Below are positions 14,491 to 29,106 of a stretch of DNA of 64,000 nucleotides, piece by piece. The notes under the pieces are model-generated. The model was not told where the DNA came from and ran no database searches. It saw nothing but the letters and a program-made list of their open reading frames with translations. Made by a program: the position numbers and the translations under genes. The number at the start of each line of letters is the position of its first letter. The stretch's first letter is position 1. Source of the stretch: Octopus vulgaris (Eukaryota); the NCBI GenBank assembly GCA_951406725.2, contig OX597819.1, forward strand, positions 79,546,001 through 79,610,000. Direction: 5' to 3'.

Positions 14491-15076
14491 ATGTACTTGT
14501 ATTTAGATTTCATCATATTTGTGTATGTGTCCATATGTACGTTTATGCATGGTTGAATGTGTGTATAAGTGAGAGCGAGTGTGTGCCTGTGTGCGTGTGT
14601 ATAAATACATGCTCGTATCTACATGTGAAATATCACTCATTTCAATGCTGTAACGTCTTGTGAAGATGAAATGACGAGAAGAACCACGAAAAGCTGTCAA
14701 GTTCCACCTTTAGGCTATTCATCAAGATGGCAACGACAATTACAATAACAAAAACATCAACAACCATTGCCATAGTAAAAATGAAATACTAAAATTAAAT
14801 GAATCATGTCAATTAATATGAGTGTGTGTATATAATTCATACAAATATATGTATGTACGTACACATATATGCATGTATGTATGTGTGTGTATATATATAT
14901 ATGAATATATATATATGCATGTATATTTATATATAGATTTATATCTATATATATATATACAAGAATATATCTTTGCATATACATTTATATGTATATATAT
15001 ATTTATATGAATTTATGTGTACACACATGTGCATATATATTTATATAATTGTACACGTCTATATATATACCTATAT

Positions 15077-15140
<64 letters not shown>

Positions 15141-15179
15141 GCATATATATGAATGCTTATATATACACACACATATATG

Positions 15180-15215
<36 letters not shown>

Positions 15216-15284
15216 TTTATATATATTTATATATATATACATATATAACATACATATATGTATACATACATTTACACACATATA

Positions 15285-15326
<42 letters not shown>

Positions 15327-15545
15327 GCTATATGGACAACATAGAGGGTAAGAATGAGAGGGAACGACTGAGGGGGAAGATGGAGGACTTAACAGATAAA
15401 ATATTGAAAGGAAATTCTAAAAAATAACAAAATTCTTTTTGAACAATTCCAAGTCCACCTCTCCCATCCAAAATCAAAATTTAAGAATTTTTTTCTCAAA
15501 TACATATACAGACGCACATACATTTATATGCACGTATGTATGTAA

Positions 15546-15606
<61 letters not shown>

Positions 15607-15771
15607 TATATATATATATATATATACATTCATACATTAACTCAGATGTACATAATCTTCATGTATTTAGATTTGTATTCAAATGTGTAAAATTGTTTAT
15701 GTATATGTACAAACACATATCTATGAATATGTAGATAAATATATCTACAGACATATACATACATACATATG

Positions 15772-15817
<46 letters not shown>

Positions 15818-15852
15818 CGCGTGTGTATGTATATATATGTATGTGTATATAG

Positions 15853-15902
<50 letters not shown>

Positions 15903-16481
15903 TTACACTCACACGCACATACCCACGCACGCACGCACGCACGCACACATACATATTCGCACACATTCAATTACTTATACATTCACACGTTGATCTTCAC
16001 AAGCACACCTAGTGTCTGAAGCAGGCACAAATATGCACAGCCAGCCAGGCCGACAGATAGGTTGACAATCAGATATTCATTCAGATAGGATGTTAAATCA
16101 TCTGAAGGGCACGAAATTGGTGCTGTGACAATGTGTGAATCGACATGTCATTTCCTGCTGCCATCATGATTTGACAGTCTTTGAAACGGTAGGCATATCA
16201 TTGCCTTTTTAGTTCGTTCTTTGTTTAATTGGTGTTTGCCATTAAATTTGTGCGTGCGTGAATGTGTACGTGTGCGTGTGAGCGTGCGTGTGGTATGTGT
16301 GTGTGTGCATGTGCGTGTGTATATACATACATACAAAGACACATACACATAAACACACGTACATACATACGCACATACATGCGTGCATACATACATATAT
16401 GCATGCATGCAGTCATACATACACACCTCCATGTTCATATGTATGTATATATACATAAATACACACACACACACATATATA

Positions 16482-16553
<72 letters not shown>

Positions 16554-16678
16554 TACATACATATATACACACATATATATACATATACACCCCGTAATTT
16601 ATATATACATATATTTATATATGTATACATGTATATACACACACACTCACATATATATGTATGTTTAAATCTGTATAA

Positions 16679-16738
<60 letters not shown>

Positions 16739-17284
16739 TTTTCTGTCTTATAAACCTATGATTCCTTCAGTCATATTTTCATATATGAAACAGTTGTAAA
16801 CAATCTTCGTAGTAGTAGTAGTAGTAGTGGTAGTAGTGGTGGTGATGATGGTGGTGGTCGTTCTGATCGAGGTGATTGTGGTGGTCTTGTTCGTGGTAAT
16901 GTTTGTGGCTGTGCTGAAGGAGGTTATAGTAGCGGTGATGGAAAATGCTTTTCCGAATAAAGTTTAAAGTTTACGATATTGTGAGCACCATCCAGCATGG
17001 AGAGGATCAGTTTTATTATTTGCATACCAAGTTATGATAATGATATTTAGAGTATTAAGAAGTAAAAAAAGGGAAGTGGAAGAGGAGGAAGAAGGAGGAG
17101 AAAACGATGATGATGATGTTGATGATGATGATGACGGTGATGATGATGAAGATGCTGATAATGAAGATGAAGGTGAAGCAGAAAATCATTAAACAGCATC
17201 TTAATTAGTTCGAAGTGTATATGCTTATATATATATATTAAGGAAATTAAACATTTTAGAATAGTTCATGAGCGTATACGAGAC

Positions 17285-18050
17285 TGTCACTTCCTACTGT
17301 CCTATTGAGTACACTGCGCAGCAAATTCGCGCCACTGGTATCTGTTGATTGCGGGTTTTTTTTCTGCATCCTGGCCCTGTTCAGTGTCATTTAGTTTTGG
17401 TTTACCTTTATTTTCATATTGCTGTCGTGCAATTGAAATCCATTTTGGAATGGTGTTGTTCGTTCTAGCAACCGTAATATATGATCTGCGTGTTTCAAGT
17501 TTCTTTGTATGTTGATTTCGCATGTATCGTCTATCTTTTAGAAAGCCTTCGTTGGTTACATGGTCTTGCCAATACGTTCTCAGAATCCATCTCCGACATC
17601 TTTGAACGAAAACATCTAGCTTTGTATCTATTTTCACGGTGCTCTCCTATGTCTCACTAGCATGGAAAACTCTGCCGTCAGAGAACCATCTTCGTGTGTA
17701 AGCTGATGGCTGTTGGAGGACCACAGAGTGCACAGTCTCTGAAATACAGCCGCAGCTTTGCCGATTTCATGTTTATGTTAGACACAATGTTAACACTGTT
17801 TCTGATGATGCTACCCAGATAGATGAATTTTTCAACTGCTTCGATATTTTGCTGGTTGATTTTTAGGATTTTTGTTGATTGATAGTCATCTGTAGTATTC
17901 ATTATATTAGTTTTCACACTGATTCTTAGCCTAATCTTCACAACATTTTATTCTAGTTCTGCTGTGAGCCATTCAAGGTTATTATTATCTAGAGAGCAAG
18001 ACAATGGCATCGGCAAAGTTCAGATATTGAAAAACATATGCGTTAGTGCA
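17285..18050 (-). mobile_element. Degenerate RTE-clade LINE RT/C-terminal fragment
   Basis: LNFADAIVLL (FADD-like), IEAVEKFIYLGSII, LDVFVQRCRRWILRTYWQDHVTNE, NRYQWREF. Confidence 0.8.
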
Positions 18051-18151
18051 CGCAATGCTCCTTAGGGACTCTCTGTAGATACTATCAGATACCTTTTGAA
18101 AGTTTATAATAATCATCTTCAATGGTCTTTGATTCACAATACACTGCTGAA

Positions 18152-18294
<143 letters not shown>

Positions 18295-18349
18295 TTCTAT
18301 CTATCTATCTGTCTGTTTGTCTGTCTGTCTGTCTATCTATCTGTATATA

Positions 18350-18683
18350 AATATACGCATATCATATATACGTTTGTACATACAACAACAACAAAATATT
18401 AAATGCTGTAATGTAGTATCGGGTAGTGGCTCTCATAGCTTCTTAATCGATTAGAAATATTATAATGTACACTGATTTGTCTTGGTATAAAATATGAACT
18501 ATAACAAATATTCTACTCAATACGACTGATTTGCTTGTCAGTTGTTTGACCATATATATTGATAATAATACTAATATTGTCAATAGGGTTTTAAACCCCT
18601 GTAACAAGGATAATAATCGTGGGTATGTGGGCATCCAGAACAATAGAACTAATATATATATATGGTAATGACACTATAATTGA

Positions 18684-18749
<66 letters not shown>

Positions 18750-19240
18750 AAATAATAATAATAATAATGATAATAATAATAGCAATATCTCCAGCTGCAG
18801 TTGTAGGGTAAAATTCCAATGCCCGTTATTAGACCGTTGTTTAGCCAAAAATGTTGTTTACAAATGTACAGCTTTGATTGAAACCAGTAAATTCATTTAT
18901 TTCGGGTGCTCAATAAATACGAAGAAGCGCCTTAATAACCATCTTTCATCTTTTAGACTTAGACATAATGCTAATAATACTTCTATATCTAGTAAAAACT
19001 GGAAACTTAAGGAGAGAAATAGGAGATTTAGCCTTAAATGGAAAATAGTACGGAGAGCGCAGCATATAAAGATAGCAGATATGGCTGCCACCTTTGTTCT
19101 ATGGAAATTTATGAAATTTTTAAGTATAGAGAAAAGAATAACCTAATTCACAATAGATTAGAAATTAGGGTATCCTATGTGTATCGCATCACCCGTAGAT
19201 TTAGATATTTTCGAAACAATATCATAATCATCATACTATG
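18350..19240 (+). mobile_element. Penelope-like element GIY-YIG endonuclease relic
   Basis: Thr/Asn-rich linker then CSCRVKFQCPLLDRCLAKNVVYKC..IYFGCS..KKRLNNHLSSFR..W.LK...LKWKIV, frameshifted CHLCSMEIYEI..N.R.EI. Confidence 0.85.
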
Positions 19241-19423
19241 ATTTGGTGGTAGAAAATACCTGGGATGGCATATCTTTCATAACATACCCTCAAGTGTAGT
19301 AAATTATATGTTGTATATAATATTGCCCTCTTATAACCCCTAGTCTGCATTCATCCTATACCTCGATTACACTGTTTTTCCTTCAGCTCTATGACTTTCT
19401 CCCCTGTCAGTAATGATAAGTAT

Positions 19424-19965
19424 TATTTCTGCCATCAAGGTCCTCTACACAGATACGTCTTCAACCATCTTAACCCCTGATGGAGAAACATCATCTTTCT
19501 CAATCGAAGCCGGAATACTGCAGGGAGACACACTCGCCCCATTTCTTTTCATCATTGTTGTTGATTATGTGCTACGTATGTCAGTTGATACCATCTCTGG
19601 CAAGGGCTTTGAAATAAAACCTACACTCGCCTCCTTATGAGAGCTCAAAATCTCTCGTGGAGGCGCCATCCAACCAAAATGCAAATATATGGGAAATTAC
19701 CACCTGTGTCATCTCTTGTGAAAGGTAGGAGAGTCCAGTTTGCTGGACATTGTTGTAGAGCTGAAAAAGAAGTAATTTCTACTCTTCTCCTCTGGAAGCC
19801 ATCTACTCGCAACACCAGAGGGCGCACACTCTCCTACCCTGATGTAATCTCCAGGGATACAGGCATCCAGCAACAGGACCTCCGTAATGCTATGATGGAC
19901 CGTGAAGTCTGGCGCAACATAGTAAATTCCATTGTCTCGACCACGGTCGAACAATGATGATGATG
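19424..19965 (+). mobile_element. 5'-truncated, internally deleted RTE LINE with TSD
   Basis: AGILQGDTLAPFLFIIVVDYVLR joined to TYTRLLMRAQNLSWRRHPT..QFAGHC..MDREVWR; (tga)n tail; 12-bp TSD aatgataagtat at 19412-19423 and 19966-19977. Confidence 0.85.
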
Positions 19966-21423
19966 AATGATAAGTATATTTACGACGAATTACCAGATCT
20001 TGCGCTTCCCTTAAGTATACTCTACACCACCTGTGCCTGTAATATTACCTTTTACAATATTTTATAGAACCGCATCCAATGGTATCCTTATCTTAATTTA
20101 TTTATTTTTCATTTGCTTTTGTTTAGAACACCTCGACTTATCCTTATTATTTATTTCTTATCTTTTAATCTTTATCTCTTTTTATATCCAGTATGCATCT
20201 TATGGCATCCTCAATGTAAAATTTTTATCTTTATGTCTATTTTTTCAATTTATAAATCCTTTATTGAAATCTTATATATTTCTTCATTTTATTTTTAAAA
20301 TGTTTTAGTATATTTTAGTTATTCTTTTATATTGTATTATTATATTTTGTATTTTGTATACCTGTTTACCCTCGTATATACGTGTGTAACATTATAAGAA
20401 TAGCGAAGGGGTTGTAAATTCTCTCTATAGTTAATCATGGTATAATATAATACAATATGGTATTTATATTTATTTATTTATTTGTATTTACATTTTATAA
20501 TTATAATATATTAATATATTATTTATTCATTTTTTATATTTTTCATTTGTACCTATATAGATATGTGATATTATTATAGCTTCTTATACCCTTGAAGATT
20601 TTTTCATAATGTTGGACATTTTTTTCGTATAATTATATTTTTCCAAGGTATTTTAAATAAGTTTATCTGTTATAGAACTGATTATCTTATTTCCCCCTTA
20701 ATCTTTGGTTTTCAGTCAATAAAAAATGGGTACAACTCGGATGAAATCTGAATTTAATTATGGGTTCATTGTTGAATAGTTTTATCATGACCACCTTAAC
20801 AGTTTGCTAGAATGAAGCATCATGAGGTTTTTATTTTATATAAAGTACCCCACTTTTTAGGGCGTAGATTGGTTAATCTATCCTTCTTCTCTGACTTGGT
20901 CCTTAAAGCCCTTTCTACAGTTTATTATTTAAATTGCATTATGTAATATACACAGTTTTATAATATATAAATTTTGCTAAATTTGGATATATTATTTTCC
21001 CCCTGTATCCTCAATACCTACTTAAATCTCATTGTGACCTCCCTTCTTTTCTAGTTTAGGCCCATTTTAACTGATAATAATAAAATAGTTTAATTCCTCT
21101 TCCTGGTTATACACCATTACCTTGCTGGCATATTCTGAGGAAAGTTCCTTTATGTAGTCATGGAGAATTTATAGTCAGAGTAAAAAAGGAGTAAGGAAGA
21201 GTTTCTGACATTAATTTATCACCAGTAGCAACAGCTTAACTGTCAATTTCCAGTGGTGTAAATTCTAAGTGGATGAAGAATACTAGTTGCATTGGATTGT
21301 TTGATTTTGATAAGGAGAAATAATCAATGTAGCTATATTACCATTTCTTGACTCCCATTGTTATTCTCTTCTACCACTCTAAATTATAGTAGGCTTGGGA
21401 TATTTTCTCTCTAAGTTCATTCT

Positions 21424-21835
21424 TATTTCTTTATTGCCCACAAGGGGCTAAACATAGAGAGAACAAACAAGGACAGACAAAGGGATTAAGTCGATTACAT
21501 CGATCCCTGTGCGTAACTGGTACTTGATTTATCGACCCTGAAAGGATGAAGAGTCGACCTCGGTGAAATTTGAACTCAGAACGTAACGGCAGACGAAATA
21601 CCTATTTCTTTACTACCCACAAGGAGCTAAACACAGAGAGGATAAACAAGGACAGACAGACGGATTAAGTCGATTATATCGACCCCAGTGCGTAACTGGT
21701 ACTTAATTTATCGACCCCGAAAGGATGAAAGGCAAAGTCGACCTCGGCGGAATTTGAACTCAGAACGTAACGGCAGACGAAATACGGCTACGCATTTCGT
21801 CCGGCGTGCTAACGTTTCTGCCAGCTCGGCGCCGT
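21424..21835 (-). mobile_element. SINE family B, full copy plus tandem partial duplicate
   Basis: 21603-21835 is the reverse complement of 45066-45292; 21424-21602 repeats its 3' ~180 nt; contains gcctttcatcctttcggggtcgataaa..agtacc (Deu/Nin-like domain). Confidence 0.85.
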
Positions 21836-22184
21836 GAGTTCATTCTGCTACAATAATAGCAATAAGCATGTAGTTCTTTTATTCTCAAGTTCTTATGAGA
21901 AATTTGCTAAAAAGTTATAATGAAGTATCCTGCATGTTGAAAATCTATAAGGCATTATGCGACATAGGAAGGCGGTTATTTCAAATTGATGTGATGCTTG
22001 CATTGATTGATTACATGGAGCTCTCTGAAACGGCCGTAATGCACTCATAACTGGACATCCTAGCTACTTATTTACCTTTTAGTCACCTAACATCGAGCTG
22101 TGCGGACAATACCGGGTTGACTGGGTGCCTCAACTTAAGTATATATATAATATACAGGGTAGGAAAATTATACACACACACGCG

Positions 22185-22223
<39 letters not shown>

Positions 22224-22231
22224 ATATATAT

Positions 22232-22388
22232 AGGCTTCTTTCATTTTCCGTCTAACAAATCCACTCACAAGGCTTTGATCGACTTGAAGCTATAGTAGAA
22301 GACACTTGCCCATGGTGCCCCGCAATGGGAGTGAACCCGGAACGTTGTGATTGGGATGCAAGCTTCTTAGAACGTAGCCATGCCTGTA
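22232..22388 (-). mobile_element. SINE family A, 5' half
   Basis: aaatccactcacaaggcttt..ctatagtagaagacacttgccc..gaacccggaac shared with 38478-38890. Confidence 0.8.
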
Positions 22389-22799
22389 TCTAAAACTATT
22401 TTTCTATTTCTCTTTCTTACGTTCACGTTGCTTTCTATATAACTGCATCACTCCGAATGCTATTTTGTTTCATATGTCTTGGAATGTCATCTTGCATCAC
22501 AATGTGGATTTAAGCCCCCAGTGAAAGATCAACTAACTGATCGCTTGAGCCACTAAATTTTGTTATTATTATCAGAGCCTGATACTATTAAAATGAAGAA
22601 TGAAATGGTAAGAATAGTTTATTACATAATATTCTGCTTCACCAATATTCTCTTGGAGCTAAACAACAACAATGACATCATCGTCAGTAGCAGCAACAGC
22701 AATAGCAACAGAAACTACAATGAGAAATAATGGCGTGTATGGGGTGGATGTGGAATCGTCTTTACTTGTCTCTATGATATTTTCATTGAAGCAATACAC

Positions 22800-24500
22800 C
22801 ATTAAATTTCACATATATATATGTATTATACCTGTAGGGTCTTTATTATTTTGATATCAACAGCAATCTTTATATGTATATTCTTTGACTGATCAATTTT
22901 ACATTTCACTTCTGGGTATTGCTGGTTATCGCATTATATTCTTGAGTATTTTTGTAATTACAGTGTATCCTTGAGCAGCCAGTCAAAACATTATACTTTT
23001 GTATATTGCTCATTACCACATTATACGCTTGAGTATTTCTAGATGCTCAAGTTTACTTACGGATATTCGTACTCACCACTATCATATGCACCTCAAATAC
23101 AAGGTTCAGTCCTTGTAGTGGTGTGGGGACGCGTATGCCTCAATAACCCCGAAAGCTACGCCAATAAAGTGCAAAGTCGTGGACAAGTGAAAGGAAAGTG
23201 GCCAAACTAATACGGATCACATCTTCCTAGAGGTAAAAATGGATTTGCGTAGGACCAAATCTAGAAAACAAAGCAAAGTTACAAAAACATCGATGACAAT
23301 TCAGAACTATTAAGACCTGAGAACAGAAGTTTTTTTTCCTCGGGGGAGCATATGACCCAGTACCTACAAAAAGAGGCGGAATAAAGGCCGCTCTAAAAAT
23401 AACTAGTGGTGGGTGTACTGAGGTAGAGCACAAAAAAGGAGCTAATTAGAGGAAAGCAGAAATGATAGTCAAGAGTCGAGAACAGGGGAGAAAGTGGCCA
23501 AAGGCTTACATACCTTGAGGAGCGAAGAGCTTAAGAGAAAAAAGGTGGTCAAACGCAATTGGGTATTGTTTGGTCATCAAATCATATCCTTGGGTATTGC
23601 TGGTCGCAATTTTGTACTCTGATATGGATGGGTACCATCGTAGGAACTAGAGTAGTTTTGGTCACTCTATTATATATATCCTTGAATATTTTTGTTCGTC
23701 AAATCATTGGTCGACGAAATTTTCGCCATTATTTTATACACATGGGTTTTGTTGCTTATCCCGTAATAGATTTCAGTATTGCTGGTCATCACATTATGTT
23801 CTTGGGTACCGTTATTTATCACAGCATAACCTTGAGAATTTTAAACCGTCATATCATAACCTTGTCATGGGATTGCATCAGGGCGGATTGCGAAGAGGTA
23901 ACGGAGTAGCTCAACTGACCCAGCTGTGCTTTTTATATTGATGCTGGGCGGAGGAGGAATCCTAGGAGATCAACGGTCAGGATCACCAAGTTCTAACAAG
24001 AGAGTAACTGCAATGCATCCATGGGGGGTGATGTCCATTGTTATGTATTCAGCTAATTGAAAAATTCATTATGACACAAGCTCCCAATCCAAATTCGTAA
24101 TAACGGAATTAGAAGGTGACGGAAAGTTGTGGGAATCCGCGAAAGCAGCGAAAAGAAATTTATAACCTTAGGCTCTACTGATGACTTTATTTTCACCTTG
24201 GTGATATTTGATCATCATACACCTTTAGCTATTTATAACACCCATGGGTAAATTTGGTTATCACATTGGTCTTAGATACTACATCCCATCATATACATTT
24301 GGGTATTTCCCTTCAACCCATTTTCCATTGGCGTATTGCTCATCATTCAATTATGCGCCTGAATATTTCTGGTCCTCATTTGGGATTCTTAATCATCACA
24401 TAATCTTCGTTATTTTAGGTGATTATAATATACCCTTGGGTATTTTCAATCATTGCATTATAACCGTGATTATTACTATTAATTAAATTATATTCAAAGT
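22800..24500. repeat. Highly degenerate ~30-bp minisatellite, interrupted by insertions
   Basis: Recurring atattcttgggtattgctggtcatcacatt-like units. Confidence 0.55.
23105..23545 (+). mobile_element. Short bipartite RTE-derived element (5' UTR-like part fused to 3' end)
   Basis: ccttgtagtggtgtggggacgcgtatgcctcaataaccccgaaagctacgcc resembles RTE 5' UTRs; purine-rich 3' part resembles an RTE C-terminus and tail. Confidence 0.45.
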
Positions 24501-25837
24501 TATTTCTGATTTCCATATTAGTAGCAAATTAGTGAGTAAATAAATAAATAAAATGAAAGCAGTTCGAAAACAGATTTTAAAATGCTCGAAAAATCCAGTT
24601 AAAAAACAGCTACTGGATAACATTGAACGGAAAACCAGTTTAAAACCCAGAGCTAAAGACCTGTTCTAAAACCTATTTCGAAACAATTTTAAAAGCCAAG
24701 GTTGAAGGCAGTTATAAACAATGAATAGTTAATACCCAGTTCAAATAATAGTTTTAAAGACCGCTCAAAGCTAGTTTACATGAGAAATTAAAAAAAAAAA
24801 CGGCAAAGCTCTAAAAACTATTAAAACATGAAGAACGAAAGATATAAACCTAACCAAGGAGAACAGAAAACAGTTAAAAATCAAATCAACATCCAGTTGT
24901 AAAACAGTTAAAAAATAGTTAAAGTCAGTAGAAACTAATTAGAAATAGTAAACGCCTAAAAGCCAATTAAAGAGTGAACAACAAATAATGTTATTGAGGT
25001 GTGAGGTAAAGAACATTGTGTTAAAAGGGAATTTAATACCTCTGCTTCTAACGCTGCTGCTGTTGTTGTTGCTGTTGTCGTTATTGTGGTCGGTGGTGTT
25101 GCAGTCCGTACATGAAGAAAACAAATGTAATATACAGTCTCTTTTTTTTTTTTAATTTTGTTCAGTTTCAGTTTCGGTTTTTGGAATTGAAACCGGCAAG
25201 CTATGCTCAGTTGTTCGGTGGTTGTGATGATATCCTACTATATGATGGTGGCGGTAGTGGTGGTTATGATTGCTTGATAGTGGTGATAGTATGAGTCGTG
25301 GTAGTGGTGGTGCTGGTGTGTGTATGTGTGTGGTGGGGGTTATATTGGTTGTGGCGGTAGCGCTGGGAAAAGTGGGAATGGTGCGACCGAGACAAGCAAT
25401 TTAAGTGGGGCTGCTGTTGATGGTGTTCAAGACGGTATTGTAAGTCGTAGGGATTGTATTACTGCTGCTACGTCCGTTTCTCCTTCCGCTACCAACACCA
25501 CCACCACTATCATCACCACCACCATCACTACTCCTACTACTACTACTACTACAAGGATTAGTAAATGAAATATTACTAATACTAATAGTAGTGAAATAAA
25601 TGTTTTAAAAACTCTTTGAGAACCGCGAGTGAAAAGTTAGGCAAACGGTGATAGATGCTATTATATAAATGCTAGGAGAAGATAATGAGTTAGTTTATAT
25701 CTTGAAGAAAATATATATAAAAATCAAGAGGGGATGGTCACGTCTCGAATGGTTTTAAAAAGAGAATTGTTTGATCAAGACTAATTGAGATACTAAAACC
25801 TGCAATGACAGCGCCTAGATCAACCGCAACGGCAGTG

Positions 25838-26003
25838 GTGGCGCAATGGCCCAGTGGTTTCGATTCCCAGAACGCGGTTTCGATTCCCAGACCGGGCATT
25901 GGGAGTGTTTATTGAGCAAAAACACCAAAGCTCCACGAGGCTCCGGTGGAGGGGTGGTGAACCCCGCTGTACTCTTTCTCTCACTCTTTCTTCCTACTTC
26001 TGC
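25838..26003 (+). mobile_element. SINE family C (tRNA-derived), partial
   Basis: ggcgcaatggcccagtggtt (A box) .. ggtttcgattccc (B box) .. gtttattgagcaaaaacacc..agctccacgaggctccgg shared with 37646-37953. Confidence 0.8.
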
Positions 26004-26455
26004 CACAAAGCAGAGGAACCATGGTGTAACCCACTATGGTGTGGTAAACTTTCAGACCCTAGTCTAGATTTCGAATCCTCTGTACCCCAGGATGGTTCAG
26101 CTCCCCACCCGTTAAAAGCCGACGTTTACGGAATGAGGATAACAACGGAGCTTTCGCGCTCGTGCAACCGCCAGTCTATCGTATGTGGTGGGTGGATCTT
26201 CAAGTTGCCACATGCATTCTTAGTAGCTTAGAGTAGGCTCAAATTAGAGATTATTCTTTGTGGCTAATGGCGTGAGTCCTGACTGGAAGAAGAAGAAGAC
26301 AGCAACGGTAGCAATAACAACAACACAAACAAAAACAACATCAGTAGCAGCAGCAGCAGCAACAACAACAGTAGTAAAACAAAAATGGCGAAGACATCAA
26401 CGATAACAACATTTGTACAAAAAGTTAAATTTCAACTTATACCGTGTGCGGTATA

Positions 26456-26820
26456 TTCTTTTACTTGTTTCAGCCATTTGACTGCGGCCTTGCTGGAGCA
26501 CCGCCCTTAGTCGAACAAATCGATCTCAGAACTTATTCTTTGTAAGCCTAGTACTTATTTTAAAAGTCACTTTTGCCGAACTGCTAAGTTACGGGAATGT
26601 AAACACACCAGCATCGGTCGTCAAGGGACGGGGTGGGGTCATACACAGATACATATATGACGGGCTTCTTTTAGTTTTTATCTATCAAATCCATGCACAA
26701 GGCTTTGGTCGGCCCGCCGCTATAATAGAAGGCATGCCGAAGTTGCCACACAGTGGGACTGAACTCGGAACCATGTGGTTGGGAAGCAAGCTTCTTACGA
26801 CACAGCCATGCCTGCGCCTA
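26456..26820 (-). mobile_element. SINE family A, near full length
   Basis: Colinear with 38478-38890. Confidence 0.85.
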
Positions 26821-27294
26821 TAATGAAGTTTCACACAGGTTTCAATGTCGACCATTACTTCTAAATCAATGATATATCTTATCAGTCAAGTCAGTCATTT
26901 GTCAAATATACATCCCACCTTCCCCATTCATCACCACCTACGACAGTTCTCAAGATGAATGTTGGTAATAGCTTGCGTAATCAGTTCTCAGCTATGACCA
27001 CCACCACAAGCACCAGCACAACAACCACCATTGCGACCACCACCATTACCACCACCACCACCAAATTCTTTTCTTTTAGCCTCTTCACCTTCAGTCTTCG
27101 CAACCACCAACACTATATAACCACTACAACAATAACCACAACCACAACCGCTGTCACTACCATCATTGTCACATCTATCCACATTACCAACTAGCCTCAC
27201 CACTATCACTGTCACAACTACTACAACTACCAAAAAGTTACCACCGCCACTACCACCAGCACAACCACCACCACAGCAACAACAACAACAACAC

Positions 27295-27295
<1 letters not shown>

Positions 27296-27369
<74 letters not shown>

Positions 27370-27374
27370 TTACT

Positions 27375-27437
<63 letters not shown>
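27296..27437. repeat. (ACT)n microsatellite
   Basis: Direct reading; source of the poly-L ORF. Confidence 0.9.
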
Positions 27438-27438
<1 letters not shown>

Positions 27439-27912
27439 ACTTTGTTTCCACCAGAACTACTTGCCTATCGAAAAACATTGTCATCAAACCTTCACTACCA
27501 CTTTACTGTAAGCCCCACTAACCTCCAACGTTCATTCGGTCTCTCTCTCTCCCTATCTGCTTGTCAGCTTGTGTGTGACTGTCTATCTGTTTCATTCTCT
27601 CTCTCTCTCATTCCTTATCTCTGTCTTCTTTGTTTTCCTCTAACCATCAGCAATTTCACTTCTCGGCTCAAAATGCTAAAAAATCCCAAATCCGGGATCG
27701 CGCCACGTGGAATTCTGTTTGTCATTTCGTCACTTTTGCATTTCCCCGCCCCCACCCTGATCCACCCTTTTCATCCTTTCTTTCTTTTTCCGTACTGCGT
27801 TTCTTTCTTTAATTTTCTTTACGCCATTATTTCTTTTCTTACGCAGTATACATCCATCCATCCATCCATCCATACATACATACATACATACATGCGCACA
27901 TATACACATATG

Positions 27913-27950
<38 letters not shown>

Positions 27951-28039
27951 GAGAGAGCGAGAGATAGAGAGATAGATAGATACAAACATACGTACGTATA
28001 CATATACATATATATATATATCTATATATATGTATATGT

Positions 28040-28083
<44 letters not shown>

Positions 28084-28455
28084 ACTATTTATATTTTTTT
28101 TTCTAAACACATAACTCACACTTAGCCAACTACTTATTGTAAATTGAATATCGACTTTGTTATTGCTTTCATTATTGTTGTCATTTGCTGTTATTGTTAT
28201 TGTTGTTGTTGTTGTTGTTATGGCATCTATCCTCTCGGTAATTTTTGTTTTTTTACCCCTTTTGGTTTGGTTTGAATAAAATAAACTTCATTTCAATAAA
28301 GAAACCATATATTTTCCCGCCTCTAGCAGACAGGAGATGTTGCTGCTGTTATTTTAAAACCACAGTAAAAAAAAACAAAAAAAACAAAACTGAAAGAACA
28401 ATGAATTCAAGAGCAACAATAACAATTGTAACAATGACACCAACAACAACAACAA

Positions 28456-28516
<61 letters not shown>

Positions 28517-28535
28517 ATGCTTATATACGTATGTG

Positions 28536-28599
<64 letters not shown>

Positions 28600-28913
28600 T
28601 ATACATACATATACATAGATACACATACATACATACATACATACATAGACCTATACATACATACAAATATACATACACAATACTTACATATTGAAAGCGA
28701 AAAATAAAAACAAAATGGCGATTGTGACGCGTGTAAATTGTGATAAAACGGACTGACTAAACTGTAATTTATATCATGTCAAACAGCACACTGATTGCGA
28801 ATGAGTAATAATGTTTTCTGTCGATGTAATTATTATTATTATTATTATTATTAATATTATTATTATTATTGTTGTTGTTGTTGTTGTTGTTAGCGTCGTC
28901 GTCGTTGTCATCG

Positions 28914-28948
<35 letters not shown>

Positions 28949-29074
28949 GCTGAAGCTACATCTGCTCCTGTTCTTTCTACTGGTTTATAGTCTTCCTTGT
29001 TTTTGTCGTTGCTATTGTTGCTGCTGTGAATGTTTTACTTGTTGCTAACGTAGTTATTCTAATTTTTGGCGTAT

Positions 29075-29106
<32 letters not shown>

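Noticed and set aside
14655-14702. Hammerhead-like ctt-gtgaaga..gaaaagctgtc-aag
   Set aside because: Core, stem II and stem III are all defective; too weak to call
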